Positions 10,386 to 21,218 of a stretch of 64,000 nt of DNA are shown piece by piece (position 1 is the stretch's first letter; every line of letters begins with the position of its first letter). Below the pieces are notes generated by a model that made no database searches, was not told where the DNA came from, and saw only the letters and a program-made list of their open reading frames with translations. The stretch comes from Candidatus Subterrananammoxibius californiae (GTDB lineage Bacteria > Planctomycetota > Brocadiia > Brocadiales > Subterrananammoxibiaceae). The DNA is taken from NCBI GenBank assembly GCA_030586555.1, contig JAURAC010000001.1:113130-177129 (forward strand). The letters run 5' to 3'. The translations under genes were made by a program, and so were the position numbers.

Positions 10386-11591
10386 ATGGACGTTAAAGAT
10401 AACATTAAAGGCGTATTGAGGAAAGCGCCTCGAATATACCGGTTATGTGCCTGCTGGGCACAAACCAGGCTTATAGAAAAAGAGCAGTTGTATTACGAAC
10501 AAAAAGCTGTTGAGCTTGGTCTCTCAAGGGATTTCTCAATTAAAGAAATCAAGCAGCAGCTTAAGGAAAAGCTGTCTAAAAGGAACATTTTCATTAAACC
10601 AAAACTAAAAGAAGACTTGCATATTGTTTACGCATTGCCTGACGAGTCTTACTGGAACACCTTACACATTGTGCCAGCCCTTAAGGAGTTTGCTACAGTA
10701 ACAACTTATTGTTATTCAGAATACGGATTTAATGACAATATGCATGGATGGTTACCTGTTCGCGATAAAATGAATTCGCATTTTATGGATTTCATTAAGC
10801 AATTGCACAAGAAAAAACACATAGACCTTATCCTTACCTACTTTGCTGGTAAGCATGTGTACTGCAGTACCGTAGAATCTCTTAATAACATGGGGATAGT
10901 AACAGCTGCATCTCATTACGATGATCGCTTATACTTTAGAGGCAGGCTTGAGGGAGGGTGTTGGTCTGGACCAGTAGATGTGTGCAAGTTCTATGATTTA
11001 AACCTTACGCAGGCGCCTGAATCTTTAATCAAATATCGAGTTGAAGGAGGTATTGCCATGTTATGGCCGCTGGCTGCAAATCAGGGTTTCTTTTACCCAA
11101 GGGGCACCCCTTTCCACTACGATGTGTCTTTTGTTGGTACTGCAAAAGCAAGCCGCAGGCATTTCATTGAGTACCTTTTTAAAAAAGGTATTAAAGTTGA
11201 AACATTTGGCGCTGGTTGGCACAATGGCACTATTTCAAACGAAAAGGTACCAGAGATTTTTTCTTCCTCAAAGATTAACTTAAACTTCGGAAACATCGGT
11301 CATACCCCCCATCAATGCGGTAAATGCAGGGATTTTGAAATCCCCATGTCAGGTGGACTTATGTTGACTACTCACAACGAACACTTGGCAGATTGTTTTG
11401 AGCTTAATAAAGACATATTCACCTTCAGAAACAAGGAAGAATGTTTGGAACAGATTCATCGCCTCCTTGCTGACGAAGCCCTGTGCGAGAGGGCAAGAAA
11501 AAACGCCAGAGAGAGAGCCCTTAAAGAACATACATGGGAGCAAAGGATTAAGTCTTTGTTACAGGTGATGGGGTACATACAGCAGGAGTAA
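10386..11591 (+). CDS. CgeB-like glycosyltransferase
   Basis: YDVSFVG, SKINLN, RDFEIPMSGG, EHTWEQR; ATG at 10386 chosen to avoid overlap with the upstream gene. Confidence 0.8.
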   Translation: MDVKDNIKGVLRKAPRIYRLCACWAQTRLIEKEQLYYEQKAVELGLSRDFSIKEIKQQLKEKLSKRNIFIKPKLKEDLHIVYALPDESYWNTLHIVPALKEFATVTTYCYSEYGFNDNMHGWLPVRDKMNSHFMDFIKQLHKKKHIDLILTYFAGKHVYCSTVESLNNMGIVTAASHYDDRLYFRGRLEGGCWSGPVDVCKFYDLNLTQAPESLIKYRVEGGIAMLWPLAANQGFFYPRGTPFHYDVSFVGTAKASRRHFIEYLFKKGIKVETFGAGWHNGTISNEKVPEIFSSSKINLNFGNIGHTPHQCGKCRDFEIPMSGGLMLTTHNEHLADCFELNKDIFTFRNKEECLEQIHRLLADEALCERARKNARERALKEHTWEQRIKSLLQVMGYIQQE

Positions 11592-11639
11592 TTCTGTTTA
11601 ATACCTTAGCCTTATAATAAATTTGTTTATTTTAGCAAA

Positions 11640-12440
11640 ATGCATGGACTAAAAACATATATTAGACGAAACCGCAGGTTATATAAATTGTGCGCGTTTC
11701 TTTTCAACATGGTACTGCCGTTGTACCCGCCTGAATTTTTTAAAGCATTAGGTGGATATTTTAGGTTTGGTAGAGATGTTGTCAGATATTTTTGCATGGA
11801 AGGCGCGGAACCATTTAATCTTCTTAATTTGCGACCTTTGGTAAAAGATTGGACAAACGTAACCCCGGTAAACGAAAATTATTTCTACCAGGATACTTGG
11901 GCTGCTGGAAAGATTATTAAAGATGCCCCAGAGTTTCATGTGGATATTGGCTCTACCGTTTTGTTTGTTGGCATCTTATCGAAAATAACACGTATTTGCA
12001 GTGTGGATGTCCGTCCCTTACCGGTGCGGCTGGAAAATTTGGAATGTAGAGAAGGTAGTATCTTGGAGCTCCCTTTTGAAGATGGAGAGATATTTTCCCT
12101 GTCTTCTCTTTGTGTGTTAGAGCACATCGGACTTGGCCGATATGGTGACTCTTTGGACCCTTTAGGAACTTGCAAAGCAGCACAAGAACTATCTCGTGTT
12201 CTTGGGGAAGGTGGTAATTTATATGTTTCTGCACCTATTGGAGAAAGCTCGATATACTTCAATGCGTACAGGGTATTTGAACCAGAAAATTTTGTTTCAA
12301 TGTTTCGAGGCTTCGAGGTAGTAGATACATTGTTTATATTAAACGATAGAGTTTGCACAATGGACGAGTATACGAAATTTAATAAACCTTCTTATAACAA
12401 CAGGGTAATAGTAGGTTGTTTCCATTTCGTCAAGCGTTAG
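11640..12440 (+). CDS. DUF268-like SAM-dependent methyltransferase
   Basis: YFYQDTWA, HVDIGS, SSLCVLEHIGLGRYGD.LDP.G. Confidence 0.8.
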   Translation: MHGLKTYIRRNRRLYKLCAFLFNMVLPLYPPEFFKALGGYFRFGRDVVRYFCMEGAEPFNLLNLRPLVKDWTNVTPVNENYFYQDTWAAGKIIKDAPEFHVDIGSTVLFVGILSKITRICSVDVRPLPVRLENLECREGSILELPFEDGEIFSLSSLCVLEHIGLGRYGDSLDPLGTCKAAQELSRVLGEGGNLYVSAPIGESSIYFNAYRVFEPENFVSMFRGFEVVDTLFILNDRVCTMDEYTKFNKPSYNNRVIVGCFHFVKR

Positions 12441-12556
12441 ACCTGCTGATTCAGGAATGCGAAGAATTGCGTTCCTTTATCGCGAAAAGTCTCATTGTTA
12501 CAAGGGTAAGGAAGAAGACCGAATTGAAATGTTAATTGCTGATTTCACAATTTGAA

Positions 12557-14104
12557 ATGAATAAGTCTATTAAGATAACAGGTAGCCTGCTGGCAAAAAA
12601 TACCGCCCTGAATTTCTTCGCTCAGATTGTACCCCTCATTGTAGCGCTGGTTACAATCCCTTATGTCATTCATGGCTTGGGTACGGAGCGCTTTGGGATT
12701 CTATCTCTGATATGGGTCGTTATTGGGTATTTCAGTATTCTCAACATGGGTCTGGGACAAGCCACAACAAAGTTTGTAGCAGAGGCATTGGGAAAGGAGG
12801 AAACAGAGCGCATCCCTGCAATTGTCTGGACGTCACTAACCTCTCAGCTTTTACTTGGTGTTTTGGGTTGTATTATTTTAGTTCTGGCAACGCCCACCCT
12901 TGTCGAGCGGGTTTTGAACATACCTCCTGATTTTATAGAAGAGGCTAAAAATACATTCTACATTTTAAGTCTCTCTATTCCGATTGTTATATGTTCTGCA
13001 TCCTTGAACGGGGTACTGGAGGCGGCACAACGTTTCGATCTGGTTAATGCAGTTACAGTTCCTTCGAGTTGTTTAAATTTTTTACTCCCTGCAATTGGGA
13101 TTTTTTTGGATTTAAAATTGCCGGGTATTGTTATTTTACTGCTTATTTTACGTGCAGCCACATTAGGGGTTTATTTAATACTATGTTTTCGTGTTTATCC
13201 AAAGATAAGACAGGTTTTATTGATAGATACAAAGATGCTTCGTCCTCTATTTTCATTTGGAGGATGGGTAACTATCAGCAGTATCCTGATTCCAATATTG
13301 GTGTATATCGATCGTTTTTTTATAGGAGCGCTTTATACTATAGCCGCTGTGGGTTATTATAGCGTTTCCTACGATATGGTTTCCCGTCTTACGATTTTTT
13401 CAAGGAGCTTCTCCGCAACATTATTTCCTGCATTTAGTACCATAGAATCGGATAAGGACAAACTTAAACAGCTTTATGCCCGTAGTTTTAAGTACATACT
13501 TCTGATTATGGGACCTATTGTTCTTGTCCTTATTATTTTCGCAGGCGACATTCTCCATGTGTGGCTTGGAGGCGATTGGGCATCGGAGACAACTCTGGTC
13601 TTTCAAATCCTTGCCATTGGCATGCTGATTGACGGCTTATCACGAATGCCAGCTAATCTCTTTGACGGAATTGGACGTGCTGACCTGAGAGCGAAAATTT
13701 ATCTTCTGAGTGTCTTTATATATGTTGGGTTGGCTTGGTTTCTGATTAGCAAGATGGGTATTATGGGGGCAGCCTTAGCATGGACATTACGTGCATGTTT
13801 AGAACTTTCCCTATTCTTTAGTGTAGCCTGGAAAGTTATACGCTTAAAGCGCGCTATTTTTATGGAAAATGGAATACTTCGGGGAGTAATGGCGTATGGG
13901 GGACTTGTTGCAATAACATTATTTGTAATCGTAATACTTGGCAAAACACTATTAATTCAAAGCATTGTAACTACGATATGTCTTTCACTTTTCGCATTGG
14001 TTACATGGAGATATGTTCTTGATGTGGAAGATAAACAACCTTTGTTCTTGGCGATAAAGAGAACAAGGGGATGGGGATATAGGTTAAATGAATTTGCAAA
14101 GTAA
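12557..14104 (+). CDS. wzx: Wzx flippase
   Basis: About 14 hydrophobic segments, LGTERFG, YIDRFFIG, VGYYS. Confidence 0.88.
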   Translation: MNKSIKITGSLLAKNTALNFFAQIVPLIVALVTIPYVIHGLGTERFGILSLIWVVIGYFSILNMGLGQATTKFVAEALGKEETERIPAIVWTSLTSQLLLGVLGCIILVLATPTLVERVLNIPPDFIEEAKNTFYILSLSIPIVICSASLNGVLEAAQRFDLVNAVTVPSSCLNFLLPAIGIFLDLKLPGIVILLLILRAATLGVYLILCFRVYPKIRQVLLIDTKMLRPLFSFGGWVTISSILIPILVYIDRFFIGALYTIAAVGYYSVSYDMVSRLTIFSRSFSATLFPAFSTIESDKDKLKQLYARSFKYILLIMGPIVLVLIIFAGDILHVWLGGDWASETTLVFQILAIGMLIDGLSRMPANLFDGIGRADLRAKIYLLSVFIYVGLAWFLISKMGIMGAALAWTLRACLELSLFFSVAWKVIRLKRAIFMENGILRGVMAYGGLVAITLFVIVILGKTLLIQSIVTTICLSLFALVTWRYVLDVEDKQPLFLAIKRTRGWGYRLNEFAK

Positions 14105-15014
14105 TTTGGCGTTGAAGTTTTTTAACATGGGTATCAAAAAATACAGTAGATTTCGTATCTTAATACAATCCTTCATTGCATGGAGTCCCTTTCTGGTCAC
14201 GATATTTAATGAGACGCTAAGAATCAGGCGGTGGAGGTCACTTCAATCAGTATTGAGGTTATTTGGGTCTACCCTTCCAAATCCAATAGATGTCGAAGGA
14301 CATATTTTGTTTCATCATTCAGATGACATTAACACTACGATAGGTTTAGGCGTTGGAGACTATGAACCTGAGGTCAGGAAGACTGTTACCCAGTTTCTTA
14401 GTCCCGGGACGACGATGATAGACGCAGGCGCTAACATTGGATACTATACCTTGCTTGCGGCTCGTGCGGTGGGACCTCAAGGTCACGTATATGCGTTTGA
14501 GCCGGCGCCATCTACGGTGGAATTGTTAAGAAAGAATGTAGATGTTAATGGATATAGCGGCAGAGTTACGGTCGTACCAAAAGCTATAACGAACAAAAGC
14601 TCAAAGGTTCGCATTTTTCTTGACTATGTACACTCTGGTACTTCAAGTATGTTTTCTGATGGTCTTGCAAAAGACGCTGTGGAGGTTGAAGGTGTAAGCC
14701 TGGATGAGTTCTTTTCCAGCAAGGGTTGGCCACCTATTAATATAATTAAAATGGATATAGAGGGAGCAGAGAAACTTGCCTTAGAGGGGATGAGAGAACT
14801 TGTCCGAAGAAACCAAGGACTAAAACTCATTATAGAGGTGAATTTAAGTTTCAGTGTTGAGGAGCTTTTTGAGGCGCTTCAAGGATGTAGGTTCTCACGC
14901 TTCCACCTGCTTGAGGACCGCAACCGTGTAGTAGACATTCCCAAGGATATCCCTCATATTATCTCAACGGCACGGGGTGTTCTGGTGAATCTTCTCTGCG
15001 AAAAGGCTAATTAG
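14088..15014 (+). CDS. FkbM family methyltransferase
   Basis: IDAGANIGYY, AFEP, KMDIEGAE. Confidence 0.9.
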   Translation: MNLQSNLALKFFNMGIKKYSRFRILIQSFIAWSPFLVTIFNETLRIRRWRSLQSVLRLFGSTLPNPIDVEGHILFHHSDDINTTIGLGVGDYEPEVRKTVTQFLSPGTTMIDAGANIGYYTLLAARAVGPQGHVYAFEPAPSTVELLRKNVDVNGYSGRVTVVPKAITNKSSKVRIFLDYVHSGTSSMFSDGLAKDAVEVEGVSLDEFFSSKGWPPINIIKMDIEGAEKLALEGMRELVRRNQGLKLIIEVNLSFSVEELFEALQGCRFSRFHLLEDRNRVVDIPKDIPHIISTARGVLVNLLCEKAN

Positions 15015-15063
15015 AATTTTATTCTTAGCACTATGAATAATAACAGTTTTATCAGGGTTAGAA

Positions 15064-16563
15064 ATGGCTGACGTTATTCTCTTTTATCCAAAAACTGGTT
15101 TTGATATTAAAAAGGTATCAGTTGATATTCCTATTGCCTTACTGGCAGTAAGTTCGTTTATCGCAGAGCGCCACAAAGTTAAAATCATAGACCAGCGTGT
15201 GGAAGAAGATTGGGAAAGCAAGCTTACTGAGGAATTGAAGAAGAACCCTGTATGCTTAGGGGTAACAGCTATGACTTGCCCGCAGATAACATATGCCTTA
15301 CAAGCTTGTGCTATGGCTAAAAAAACTTCTCCCGAAACAATAACGGTTTGGGGAGGGGTTCATGCAACGTTAATGCCTGAGGAAACGTTGAGACATCCCT
15401 CAGTTGATATCGTCATGCGAGGGGAAGGAGAAATTAGTTTTAAGAACCTTGTTAATAGACTCTGCATGGATAGAAAGTCCGATTTAACACCGATAAGGGG
15501 AATATCCTTTAAGGACAAGAATGGCAAAATTATCCATACCCCTGTTGAAAAGGTATTACCTATGGACCAAACTGTTGACCTTCCTTACCAGCTGCTGGGT
15601 AATATTGAGGACTATATCGGGAGCCAGGGTAGATTCAAGAACGAGACTGCAAGAAGTCTAATATACATTTCGAGTCGTGGATGTCCATACCGTTGTACCT
15701 TTTGTGCAATGCCGGGGTTAGATGAAGTTCGCTGGCGGTCTGAACCAGTTGAGTTAACCTATCGAAGAATTTCAATGCTAAAAGAGCGCTTCAAACTGGA
15801 TTCGATTACTTTCCACGATGAAAACTTCATGGTAGATACTAAGCGGGTCAACAGATTGGCAGAGATGATTAACGGCGAGTTCAAATGGTGGGTTCAGGCT
15901 CGAATGGACAGCCTGTTAAGGTTTGATATAAATAAGTTGGTGAAGAACGGGTTGGAATCACTCCAACCTGGCTTAGAGTCAGGAAGTGACCGAATACTGA
16001 AAATGATAAAAAAAGGCGAAACCATTGAAGAGTATATCGAGGCTAACAAGAAGTTGGCTAAAACGGATATGGAGCCATTATATAACTTTATGATTGGATT
16101 TCCAACAGAATCTGAGGAAGAGATTTTTATGACTGTAGACCTGGCTTTACGTATGTTAGAAGACAATAATAAAGCCATGATTGCAGGGTTCTATGTTGTT
16201 GTTCCATATCCAGGCACTGATTTATATGACCTGGCATTAAAGTATGGTTTTGTCCAACCAGATAGGCTTGAAGATTGGGCACAGTACAATCGTCAGCATT
16301 TAGCTACCCCCTGGATCCAGGATAAGCTGGATTTAATTGAATCTGTAAAATTATCATCGCGATTTGTTGACGGTGTTCGTTTGCCGAGAAGAGTTAAACA
16401 TTCCTTTGGTAAAATTCCAGCCCCGGTGGAACCATTAAAATTGATAGGCAAATATTACCAGTGGCGGTGGAGAAGGCGAAGATTTAATAAAAATTTAGAT
16501 AAGGTTGTGAACTCGTTTGTTATGTCCCTCTTTAGTTTGTCACAAAGGCTACACCGCAATTGA
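15064..16563 (+). CDS. Cobalamin-binding radical SAM enzyme (class B-like)
   Basis: WGGVHAT, GEGE, SSRGCPYRCTFC, GLESGS, FMIGFPTE, PYPGT. Confidence 0.9.
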   Translation: MADVILFYPKTGFDIKKVSVDIPIALLAVSSFIAERHKVKIIDQRVEEDWESKLTEELKKNPVCLGVTAMTCPQITYALQACAMAKKTSPETITVWGGVHATLMPEETLRHPSVDIVMRGEGEISFKNLVNRLCMDRKSDLTPIRGISFKDKNGKIIHTPVEKVLPMDQTVDLPYQLLGNIEDYIGSQGRFKNETARSLIYISSRGCPYRCTFCAMPGLDEVRWRSEPVELTYRRISMLKERFKLDSITFHDENFMVDTKRVNRLAEMINGEFKWWVQARMDSLLRFDINKLVKNGLESLQPGLESGSDRILKMIKKGETIEEYIEANKKLAKTDMEPLYNFMIGFPTESEEEIFMTVDLALRMLEDNNKAMIAGFYVVVPYPGTDLYDLALKYGFVQPDRLEDWAQYNRQHLATPWIQDKLDLIESVKLSSRFVDGVRLPRRVKHSFGKIPAPVEPLKLIGKYYQWRWRRRRFNKNLDKVVNSFVMSLFSLSQRLHRN

Positions 16564-16571
16564 GAATTAAA

Positions 16572-17552
16572 ATGCCCAAAAGTAATCAATCGTCGCAGAC
16601 AATTTTAATAACAGGGGTCGCTGGTTTTATAGGGAGCAATCTTGCTGAGCAGTTATTAAAGAAAGGTTGTGAAATTGGAAATAAGAAATCATCGAGGGTT
16701 ATCGGCATTGACAACCTTTCTTATGGCGTAAGGGAGCAAGTGCCAGAAGGAGTCGAGTTTTATCGGTTAGATATTCGCTCTAAAGAGATTTATCCACTAT
16801 TTGAGGGGGTTGATTATGTTTTTCATCTTGCCGCAAAGAACTGTATAAGCGACTGCCAGGCAGACCCCGTTGAAACAGCAGAAATCAATGTGTGTGGAAC
16901 GGTGAATGTTTTTGAAGCATCAAGAAGGGCTAAGGTGAGGAAGGTCATCTATGCAGAATCATCTGCGATGTATGAGGGAAGCAGTATGTTCCCAAATTCT
17001 GAATCCGAAATTAAGCCTGAGAGCTTTTATGCAGTGAGCAAAGCAGCATCAATGTATTTTGCCGAAGCTTACAAGCGATTTTACGATACACAGTTTACAG
17101 CATTGCGATATTTTAATGTATACGGTCCACGGCAGGACTACAGGAGAACCATACCCCCTGTGATGAGCGCTTTCATTATCAGACTATTAAGAGGTGAACT
17201 ACCAATAATTTATGGTACAGGAGAAAAGAGAAGGGACTTTGTCTATGTTGATGATGTAAATAATTTTCATCTGTTGTGTATGAATGACTCCGGGACTAAC
17301 GGAAAGGTGTTCAATATCGGTTCTGGGGGGAATTACTCTGTTAATGAAATTTATAAAATGATTAGTGAACTTCTTGGTATCAAAATATCACCAATCCATA
17401 AAGTAGATTTGCCAGGCGAAGCCTCGGTTACTCTGGCAGACATTACGGAGGCAAAAAAGTTAGGTTGGGAGCCGCAGGCAGATATTGTTACAGGTCTTAA
17501 AAACATGATTGAGTATATAAAAAAAGAAATAGAAACAGGAAAGATTAGGTAA
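16572..17552 (+). CDS. NDP-sugar epimerase (GalE-like extended SDR)
   Basis: GVAGFIG, HLAA, YAVSK, LRYFNVYGP, RDFVYVDD. Confidence 0.9.
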   Translation: MPKSNQSSQTILITGVAGFIGSNLAEQLLKKGCEIGNKKSSRVIGIDNLSYGVREQVPEGVEFYRLDIRSKEIYPLFEGVDYVFHLAAKNCISDCQADPVETAEINVCGTVNVFEASRRAKVRKVIYAESSAMYEGSSMFPNSESEIKPESFYAVSKAASMYFAEAYKRFYDTQFTALRYFNVYGPRQDYRRTIPPVMSAFIIRLLRGELPIIYGTGEKRRDFVYVDDVNNFHLLCMNDSGTNGKVFNIGSGGNYSVNEIYKMISELLGIKISPIHKVDLPGEASVTLADITEAKKLGWEPQADIVTGLKNMIEYIKKEIETGKIR

Positions 17553-17553
17553 A

Positions 17554-18282
17554 GTGAAGACAATAATCCTTTCAGCAGGAAAAGGTGAGAGAATAAGGAA
17601 GGTTGTAGGAAATATTCCGAAACCAATGATTAAAGTAAAATGGAAGCCCGTACTTGAGCATAATGTTGAATGGGTTAGAAATTATGGAATAAGAGACATA
17701 TATATAAATCTACACCACTTACCTAATGCGATAAGAAGCTATTTTGGGGATGGCAGTAGATGGGGTGTAAAGATTACTTATTCTTATGAGCCTGAGCTGC
17801 TGGGAACGGCTGGTGCAGTAAGGAAGATTGCAGATGAATACTGGCAATTAAAAGTCAATAGTTATCCATGTAAGAATTTATCGGATAATGCCTTTTTGGT
17901 GATTTATGGAGACAATCTTTTTGAATACGAATTGGGGGAGATTGTAAATTTTCATGACAGGAAAAAAGGCATTGCGACTATAGCGGTTTATGAAAAGGAT
18001 GATGTTCGCCAGAGCGGGGTTGTTTTGCTTGGCAGAGATAATAAAGTTACAAGGTTCGTTGAAAAGCCAAAACCCGAAGAGGTTGTAAGCAATCTGGTAA
18101 ACACGGGAATTTATGTACTTGAGCCTGAAGTTTTAGGTTACATTCCGTCTGGTAAAACCCTTGATTTTGGTAAAGATGTGTTTCCTGAAATGATTCAAAG
18201 AGGTGAAAGTATCCTGGGCATAATAGTGAAGGGCAATTTAATAGCAATAGATACCCCCGAGCTTTTGGAAAAAGCTTTATAA
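17554..18282 (+). CDS. hddC: Sugar-1-phosphate guanylyltransferase (HddC-like)
   Basis: LSAGKGER, PKPM, LLGTAGA, FVEKP, NTGIY, DFGKDVFP. Confidence 0.75.
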   Translation: MKTIILSAGKGERIRKVVGNIPKPMIKVKWKPVLEHNVEWVRNYGIRDIYINLHHLPNAIRSYFGDGSRWGVKITYSYEPELLGTAGAVRKIADEYWQLKVNSYPCKNLSDNAFLVIYGDNLFEYELGEIVNFHDRKKGIATIAVYEKDDVRQSGVVLLGRDNKVTRFVEKPKPEEVVSNLVNTGIYVLEPEVLGYIPSGKTLDFGKDVFPEMIQRGESILGIIVKGNLIAIDTPELLEKAL

Positions 18283-18319
18283 ATAACGAATAATTGTTAA
18301 CGAGTAACGGAGCTATTAT

Positions 18320-19321
18320 ATGATCATAGCAAGGTCGCCATTCAGGTTTACCCTTGGTGGTGGGGGAACAGACCTGCCATCGTATTACTCAAAGTATGGC
18401 GGTTTTATCTTTGCTACTGGAATAGACAAGTATATGTTTATCAATATTAACCGACCCGTAGTAGATGACCTTGTGAGGGTGAAATATAGTAAGTCTGAAA
18501 CAGTCGCTCATTGCAATGAAGTACAGCATGACATTGCAAGAGAAACTATGAAGATGGTAGGAATAGAAAACAGTCTCGAGATAGTTTCTATGGCTGATGT
18601 TCCTGCAGGGACGGGGCTTGGCTCTTCAAGTTGTTATACTGTCAGTCTCCTCCATGCTATGCACACAATGAAAAGGGAATATATCATGCTGCAAGACCTT
18701 GCGGAAAAGGCTTGTAAATTAGAAATAGAAATCCTTAAAAAACCAATAGGCAAGCAGGACCAGTATATGGCTGCCTTTGGGGGATTGACAGTTTTAGACA
18801 TTGAAAAAGATGGTACCGTGCATGTAAGAAAGGCAAAGGTTACGGATTCAACCATTGATGATTTAAATAGAAATTTGCTTGCGTTTTATACAAATACTTC
18901 TCGAAGCGCCGATGAGATACTTTCTGAGCAAAGTAAAGGCGCCAGAGAAGAAAAGAAGGATGTTGTTGAGAGTATGCATTATATAAAGGAACTCGGTTAT
19001 AAAATACTCGAGGCAATAGAAAGTGGTAACATCACAGATGTTGGTTTAATGTTTGACCAGCACTGGCAGTATAAGAAGAGAATATCCACTAAAATGTCAA
19101 ATCCCCATTTTGACAAGATTTATGAGGTAGCAAAAGAGAACGGCGCTCTTGGAGGTAAAATTTCAGGCGCTGGTGGAGGGGGATTCTTCTTGTTTTATGT
19201 GGAAGAGAAACACGATATGTTCAGGAAAGTAGCGAAGAAACTGGGGTTGCGGGAAATGAGATATAGGTTCGATTTTGAAGGGTCAAAGGTTTTGGTGAAT
19301 TTTATGAACGGGACGAAGTAG
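18320..19321 (+). CDS. hddA: GHMP-family heptose-7-phosphate 1-kinase (HddA-like)
   Basis: GGGGTD, PAGTGLGSS, GKQDQY, GAGGGGF. Confidence 0.88.
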   Translation: MIIARSPFRFTLGGGGTDLPSYYSKYGGFIFATGIDKYMFININRPVVDDLVRVKYSKSETVAHCNEVQHDIARETMKMVGIENSLEIVSMADVPAGTGLGSSSCYTVSLLHAMHTMKREYIMLQDLAEKACKLEIEILKKPIGKQDQYMAAFGGLTVLDIEKDGTVHVRKAKVTDSTIDDLNRNLLAFYTNTSRSADEILSEQSKGAREEKKDVVESMHYIKELGYKILEAIESGNITDVGLMFDQHWQYKKRISTKMSNPHFDKIYEVAKENGALGGKISGAGGGGFFLFYVEEKHDMFRKVAKKLGLREMRYRFDFEGSKVLVNFMNGTK

Positions 19322-19354
19322 GTTGCTGTGTTTGATGATTAAGGGGCAAGTGTA

Positions 19355-20206
19355 GTGAGACTTAAGAACAAGGTGGCTATTGTTACTGGTGGCAGCAGGG
19401 GGATTGGAAGGGCTGTTGTGAGGAAGTTTCTTAAAGAGGGGGCAATGGTGGCTATTGCTGCTCGCTCTAAGACAGAGATTGACATTACTGTTAAGAATTT
19501 AAAACAGGAAGGCGAACTAATAACTGGTATTCCCACAGATGTTTCAAAAGGGAGGGATGTTCAAAACCTGGTGGAGCGAACCTTAACACAGTACGGCTCT
19601 CTTGATATTCTGGTCAATGCGGCAGGCATGCAAGGTCCAATAGGTCCTTTTATAGAAGTGGATATGCAAGAATGGATTAATAACATCCATACGAATCTTA
19701 TTGGTACGGGATTATGTTGTAAGGCATCTTTGCCAATTATGATAGGCAAAAGACAAGGGAAAATTATTAATTTCTCTGGAGGCGGGGCTACTTCACCAAG
19801 ACCTAATTTTAGCGCTTATGCCTGTTCCAAAGCGGCTATTGTAAGGTTTACAGAAACATTGGCTATGGAGGTTAAGGATTATGGAGTAGATGTAAATGCT
19901 ATCGCCCCAGGTGCCGTCAATACCAGAATGATGGCGGAAATCATTAATGCAGGGGACAAATCAGGGAAGAAAGAGTTATCAGAGACTATTGAGCGGAGTC
20001 AAAAAGGGGGAACGCCTCCGGAATTGGCTGCGGAACTGGTTGTTTTTCTTGCTTCTGAGCATTCCAATGGCCTCACGGGACGATTGATTAGCGCTGTCTG
20101 GGACGATTGGAAAAATTTTGATGAGAACGTTGATGAGATAACCAATTCCTCCCTTTATACACTTAGAAGGATAGATAAGAAGAATTTTATAGAGAGAAGG
20201 TCATGA
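19355..20206 (+). CDS. Short-chain dehydrogenase/reductase
   Basis: TGGSRGIG, NAAG, SGGGA, YACSK. Confidence 0.9.
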   Translation: MRLKNKVAIVTGGSRGIGRAVVRKFLKEGAMVAIAARSKTEIDITVKNLKQEGELITGIPTDVSKGRDVQNLVERTLTQYGSLDILVNAAGMQGPIGPFIEVDMQEWINNIHTNLIGTGLCCKASLPIMIGKRQGKIINFSGGGATSPRPNFSAYACSKAAIVRFTETLAMEVKDYGVDVNAIAPGAVNTRMMAEIINAGDKSGKKELSETIERSQKGGTPPELAAELVVFLASEHSNGLTGRLISAVWDDWKNFDENVDEITNSSLYTLRRIDKKNFIERRS

Positions 20207-21216
20207 CCATTGGTGTTGCCATAATTGGGGCTGGTTTGATTGGGAGGAAACGTGCAGTCGCTTTACAAAAATTTGATGATTGTCGGTTGGTGGTCACAGC
20301 GGATGTTAACAGGGATGCGGCTGATGAGTTAGCTAAAGAGTTTGGTGGGGAGGTTGAAACAGACTGGGAAAAGGTTGTAAATAGAAAAGACATCCATGTG
20401 GTAATCGTAGCCACGGTTAATAAGTTTTTAGCCCCTATAAGTATTGCGGCATTAGATAATGGAAAGCATGTTCTCTGTGAAAAACCACTGGGTCGTAATA
20501 CGGAGGAATCAAAAAAAATAATTGCGGTTGCCAAAAAAAGTGGAGTAATGCTGAAAACAGGATTCAATCATAGACATCACCCCTCAATAGCACAGGCAAA
20601 GCAGTTATTAGACAATGGTAAAATAGGGGTTCTGTACTTTATGAGATGCCGTTATGGCCATGGTGGGAGACCCGGATATGAGAAGGAATGGCGAGCAGAT
20701 AAAGATTTATGCGGTGGTGGAGAATTATTGGACCAAGGCGTTCATGTAGTAGATTTGTTCAGGTGGTTTGCAGGTGATTTTAACGAAGCTTTTGGATATA
20801 CCCCAACCTATTTTTGGAATACGAAGGTTGAAGACAATGCCTTTGCCATTTTTAAGAATAACGATGGGATAATAGCCACTATGCATACAAGTTGGACGCA
20901 GTGGAAGAATGTATTTTCTTTTGAAATGTTTGGGAAGGATGGCTATTTGGTAATGGAAGGACTCGGAGGTAGCTATGGAACTGAGACATTAAAAATTGGA
21001 AGAAGAAAACCAGAGGGTGGACCTCCAGATGAAAAGATTCTCGAATTTCCAGGTCCAGATATTTCATGGGATGAGGAATGGAAAAAGTTTATTTCAGCCA
21101 TTGAGAATAATAGAGTACCCATCGGCAACGGATGGGATGGGCATATGGCAAATAAAATGATTGAAGCGATTTATGAGTCTGCTCAAACAGGAAAGGTTGT
21201 AAAGTTAGAGGACTGA
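20203..21216 (+). CDS. Gfo/Idh/MocA oxidoreductase
   Basis: GAGLIG, HVLCEKP, GFNHR, GGGELLDQGVH. Confidence 0.9.
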   Translation: MTIGVAIIGAGLIGRKRAVALQKFDDCRLVVTADVNRDAADELAKEFGGEVETDWEKVVNRKDIHVVIVATVNKFLAPISIAALDNGKHVLCEKPLGRNTEESKKIIAVAKKSGVMLKTGFNHRHHPSIAQAKQLLDNGKIGVLYFMRCRYGHGGRPGYEKEWRADKDLCGGGELLDQGVHVVDLFRWFAGDFNEAFGYTPTYFWNTKVEDNAFAIFKNNDGIIATMHTSWTQWKNVFSFEMFGKDGYLVMEGLGGSYGTETLKIGRRKPEGGPPDEKILEFPGPDISWDEEWKKFISAIENNRVPIGNGWDGHMANKMIEAIYESAQTGKVVKLED

Positions 21217-21218
21217 GA

